Below are positions 62,216 to 64,000 of a stretch of DNA of 64,000 bases, in pieces; the first letter of the stretch is position 1; the number at the start of each line of letters is the position of its first letter. The stretch is from Eledone cirrhosa (taxonomy: Eukaryota), in the NCBI GenBank assembly GCA_964016885.1, contig OZ024744.1:116560001-116624000 (forward strand), given 5' to 3'. The notes below the pieces were generated by a model that did not search any database, was not told where the DNA came from, and saw only the letters and a list, made by a program, of their open reading frames with translations. Position numbers and translations under genes: made by a program.

Positions 62216-64000
62216 TGAGATAATGACAATGTGAGATAATGACAATGTGAGATAATGACAATGTGAGATAATGACCAATGTGAGATAATGACAAAGTGAG
62301 ATAATGACAATGTGAGATAATGACCAATGTGAGATAATGACCAACGTGAGATAATGAGAACGTGTGATAATGACTCACGTGAGATAATGACAATGTGAGA
62401 TAATGACAATGTGAGATAATGACCAATGTAAGATAATGACAATGTGAGAAAATGACAATGTGAGATAATGACAATGTGAGATAATGACAACGTGAGATAA
62501 TGACAATGTGAGATAATGACAATGTGAGATAATGACAATGTGAGATAATGACAATGTGAGATAATGACAACGTGAGATAATGACAATGTGAGATAATGAC
62601 AATGTGAGATAATGACAATGTGAGATAATGACAATGTGAGATAATGACAATGTGAGATAATGACAATGTGAGATAATGACAATTTGAGATAATGACAATG
62701 TGAGATAATGACCAATGTGAGATAATGACAATGTGAGATAATGACAATGTGAGATAATGAGCAATGTGAGATAATGACAATGTGAGATAATGACAATGGG
62801 AGATAATGACAATGTGAGATAATGACAATGTGAGATAATGACAATGTGGGATAATGACCGATTTGAGATAATGACAATGTGAGATAATGACCAATGTGAG
62901 ATAATGACAATGTGAGATAATGACCAATGTGAGATAATGACAATGTGAGATAATGACCAATGTGAGATAATGACAATGTGAGATAATGACCAATGTGAGA
63001 TATTGACCAATGTGAGATAATGACCAATGTGAGATAATGACTCATGTGAGATAATGACCAATGTGAGATAATGACCAATGTGAGATAATGACAATGTGAG
63101 ATAATGACAATGTTAGATAATGACAATGTGACATAATGACAATGAGAGATAATGACCAATTTGAGATAATGACCAATTTGAGATAATGACCAATGTGAGA
63201 TAATGACAATGTGAGATAATGACAATGTGAGATAATGACAATGTGCGATAATGACAATGTGAGATAATGACCAATGTGAGATAATGAAAATGTGAGATAA
63301 TGACAATGTGAGATAATGATCAATGTGAGATAATGACAATGTTAGATAATGACAATGTGAGATACTGACAATGTGAGAGAATGACCAATGTGAGATAATG
63401 ACGATGTGAGATAATGACAATGTGAGATAATGACAATGTGAGATAATGACAATGTGAGATAATGACCAATGTGAGATAATGACAATGTGAGATAATGACA
63501 ATGTGAGATAATGACCAATGTGAGATAATGACAATGTGAGATAATGACAATGTGAGATAATGACAATGTGAGATAATGACCAATGTGAGATAATGACAAT
63601 GTGAGATAATGACCAATGTGAGATAATGACCAATGTGAGATAATGACAATGTGAGATAATGACCAATGTGAGATAATGACAATGTGAGATAATGACAATG
63701 TGAGATAATGACAATGTGAGATAATGACCAATGTGAGATAATGACAAAGTGAGATAATGACAATGTGAGATAATGACAATGTGAGATAATGACAATGTGA
63801 GAATATGAAAATGTGAGATAATGACAATGTGAGATAATGACAATGTGAGATAATGACCAATGTGAGATAATGACAAAGTGAGATAATGACAAGGTGAGAT
63901 AATGACCAATGTGAGATAATGACAATGTGAGATAATGACAATGTGAGATAATTACCAACGTGAGATAATGACAATGGGAGATAATGACAATGTGAGATAG
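61750..64000 (+). repeat. Further partial copy of ~58.2-60.4 kb (offset 3580/3596), running off the window end
   Basis: 58357/61937, 58795/62375, 59446/63042, 59724/63320. Shared GAATATGAAAATG variant. Confidence 0.8.

Larger units (their letters stand above)
1..64000 (+). repeat. Satellite DNA array of interspersed 16-bp (TGAGATAATGACAATG) and 17-bp (TGAGATAATGACCAATG) monomers, head-to-tail, running off both window ends
   Basis: The monomer is directly readable on every line. No spacer, inversion or foreign sequence was seen. The 16-mer is A7 G4 T4 C1 (31% GC, 69% purine on +). Confidence 0.99.

Noticed and set aside
871-63974. Numerous long minus-strand ORFs (up to 1706 aa) as protein-coding genes
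   Set aside because: They overlap in all three frames with the same repeat peptide. The monomer length is not a multiple of 3, starts are mostly TTG codons from the repeat, and no domain or unique sequence is present. They follow directly from a stop-free reverse consensus.
1-64000. CRISPR array
   Set aside because: The repeats are contiguous, with no unique spacers, leader or cas genes.
1-64000. Telomerase-synthesised telomeric repeat (long yeast-type unit with stuttering)
   Set aside because: The unit lacks G-runs and matches no telomere motif I recognise. Point variants are inherited in multi-kb blocks, which indicates recombinational copying, not templated de novo addition. A subtelomeric location is not excluded.
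1-64000. Pure sequencing or rolling-circle amplification artefact
   Set aside because: A concatemer would show one fixed period with random errors. Here variants are shared hierarchically at many different offsets. Local misassembly of individual duplications remains possible.
1-64000. Functional promoters or terminators from CCAAT, GATA and TATTGACC motifs; embedded transposons, tRNA or rRNA
   Set aside because: There is no gene context, hairpin-plus-U-tract, terminal inverted repeat or non-satellite sequence. The motifs are parts of the monomer.

Overview
The whole 64,000-bp window is one uninterrupted, single-orientation tandem satellite array. I found no unique sequence, genes, RNA genes, transposons or CRISPR spacers. 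It has roughly 3,900 monomers (64,000 / ~16.3 bp) of two dominant types: a 16-mer TGAGATAATGACAATG and a 17-mer TGAGATAATGACCAATG, which differ by one C. A limited set of recurring variant monomers acts as a barcode and reveals nested higher-order repeats with periods of about 83, 166, 510, 866, 1078, 1703, 1812, 2925, 4823/5349 and 10,741/10,873 bp, plus dispersed multi-kb block copies. All listed ORFs are on the minus strand and arise because the reverse-complement consensus has no stop codon in any frame, so I do not call them genes. The array looks like eukaryotic (peri)centromeric, subtelomeric or heterochromatic satellite DNA, which is an inference. I do not recognise the family or the organism. 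Duplication offsets were derived by hand from the positions of shared variants (many coincide with ORF-track stops), so block boundaries are approximate to a few monomers.
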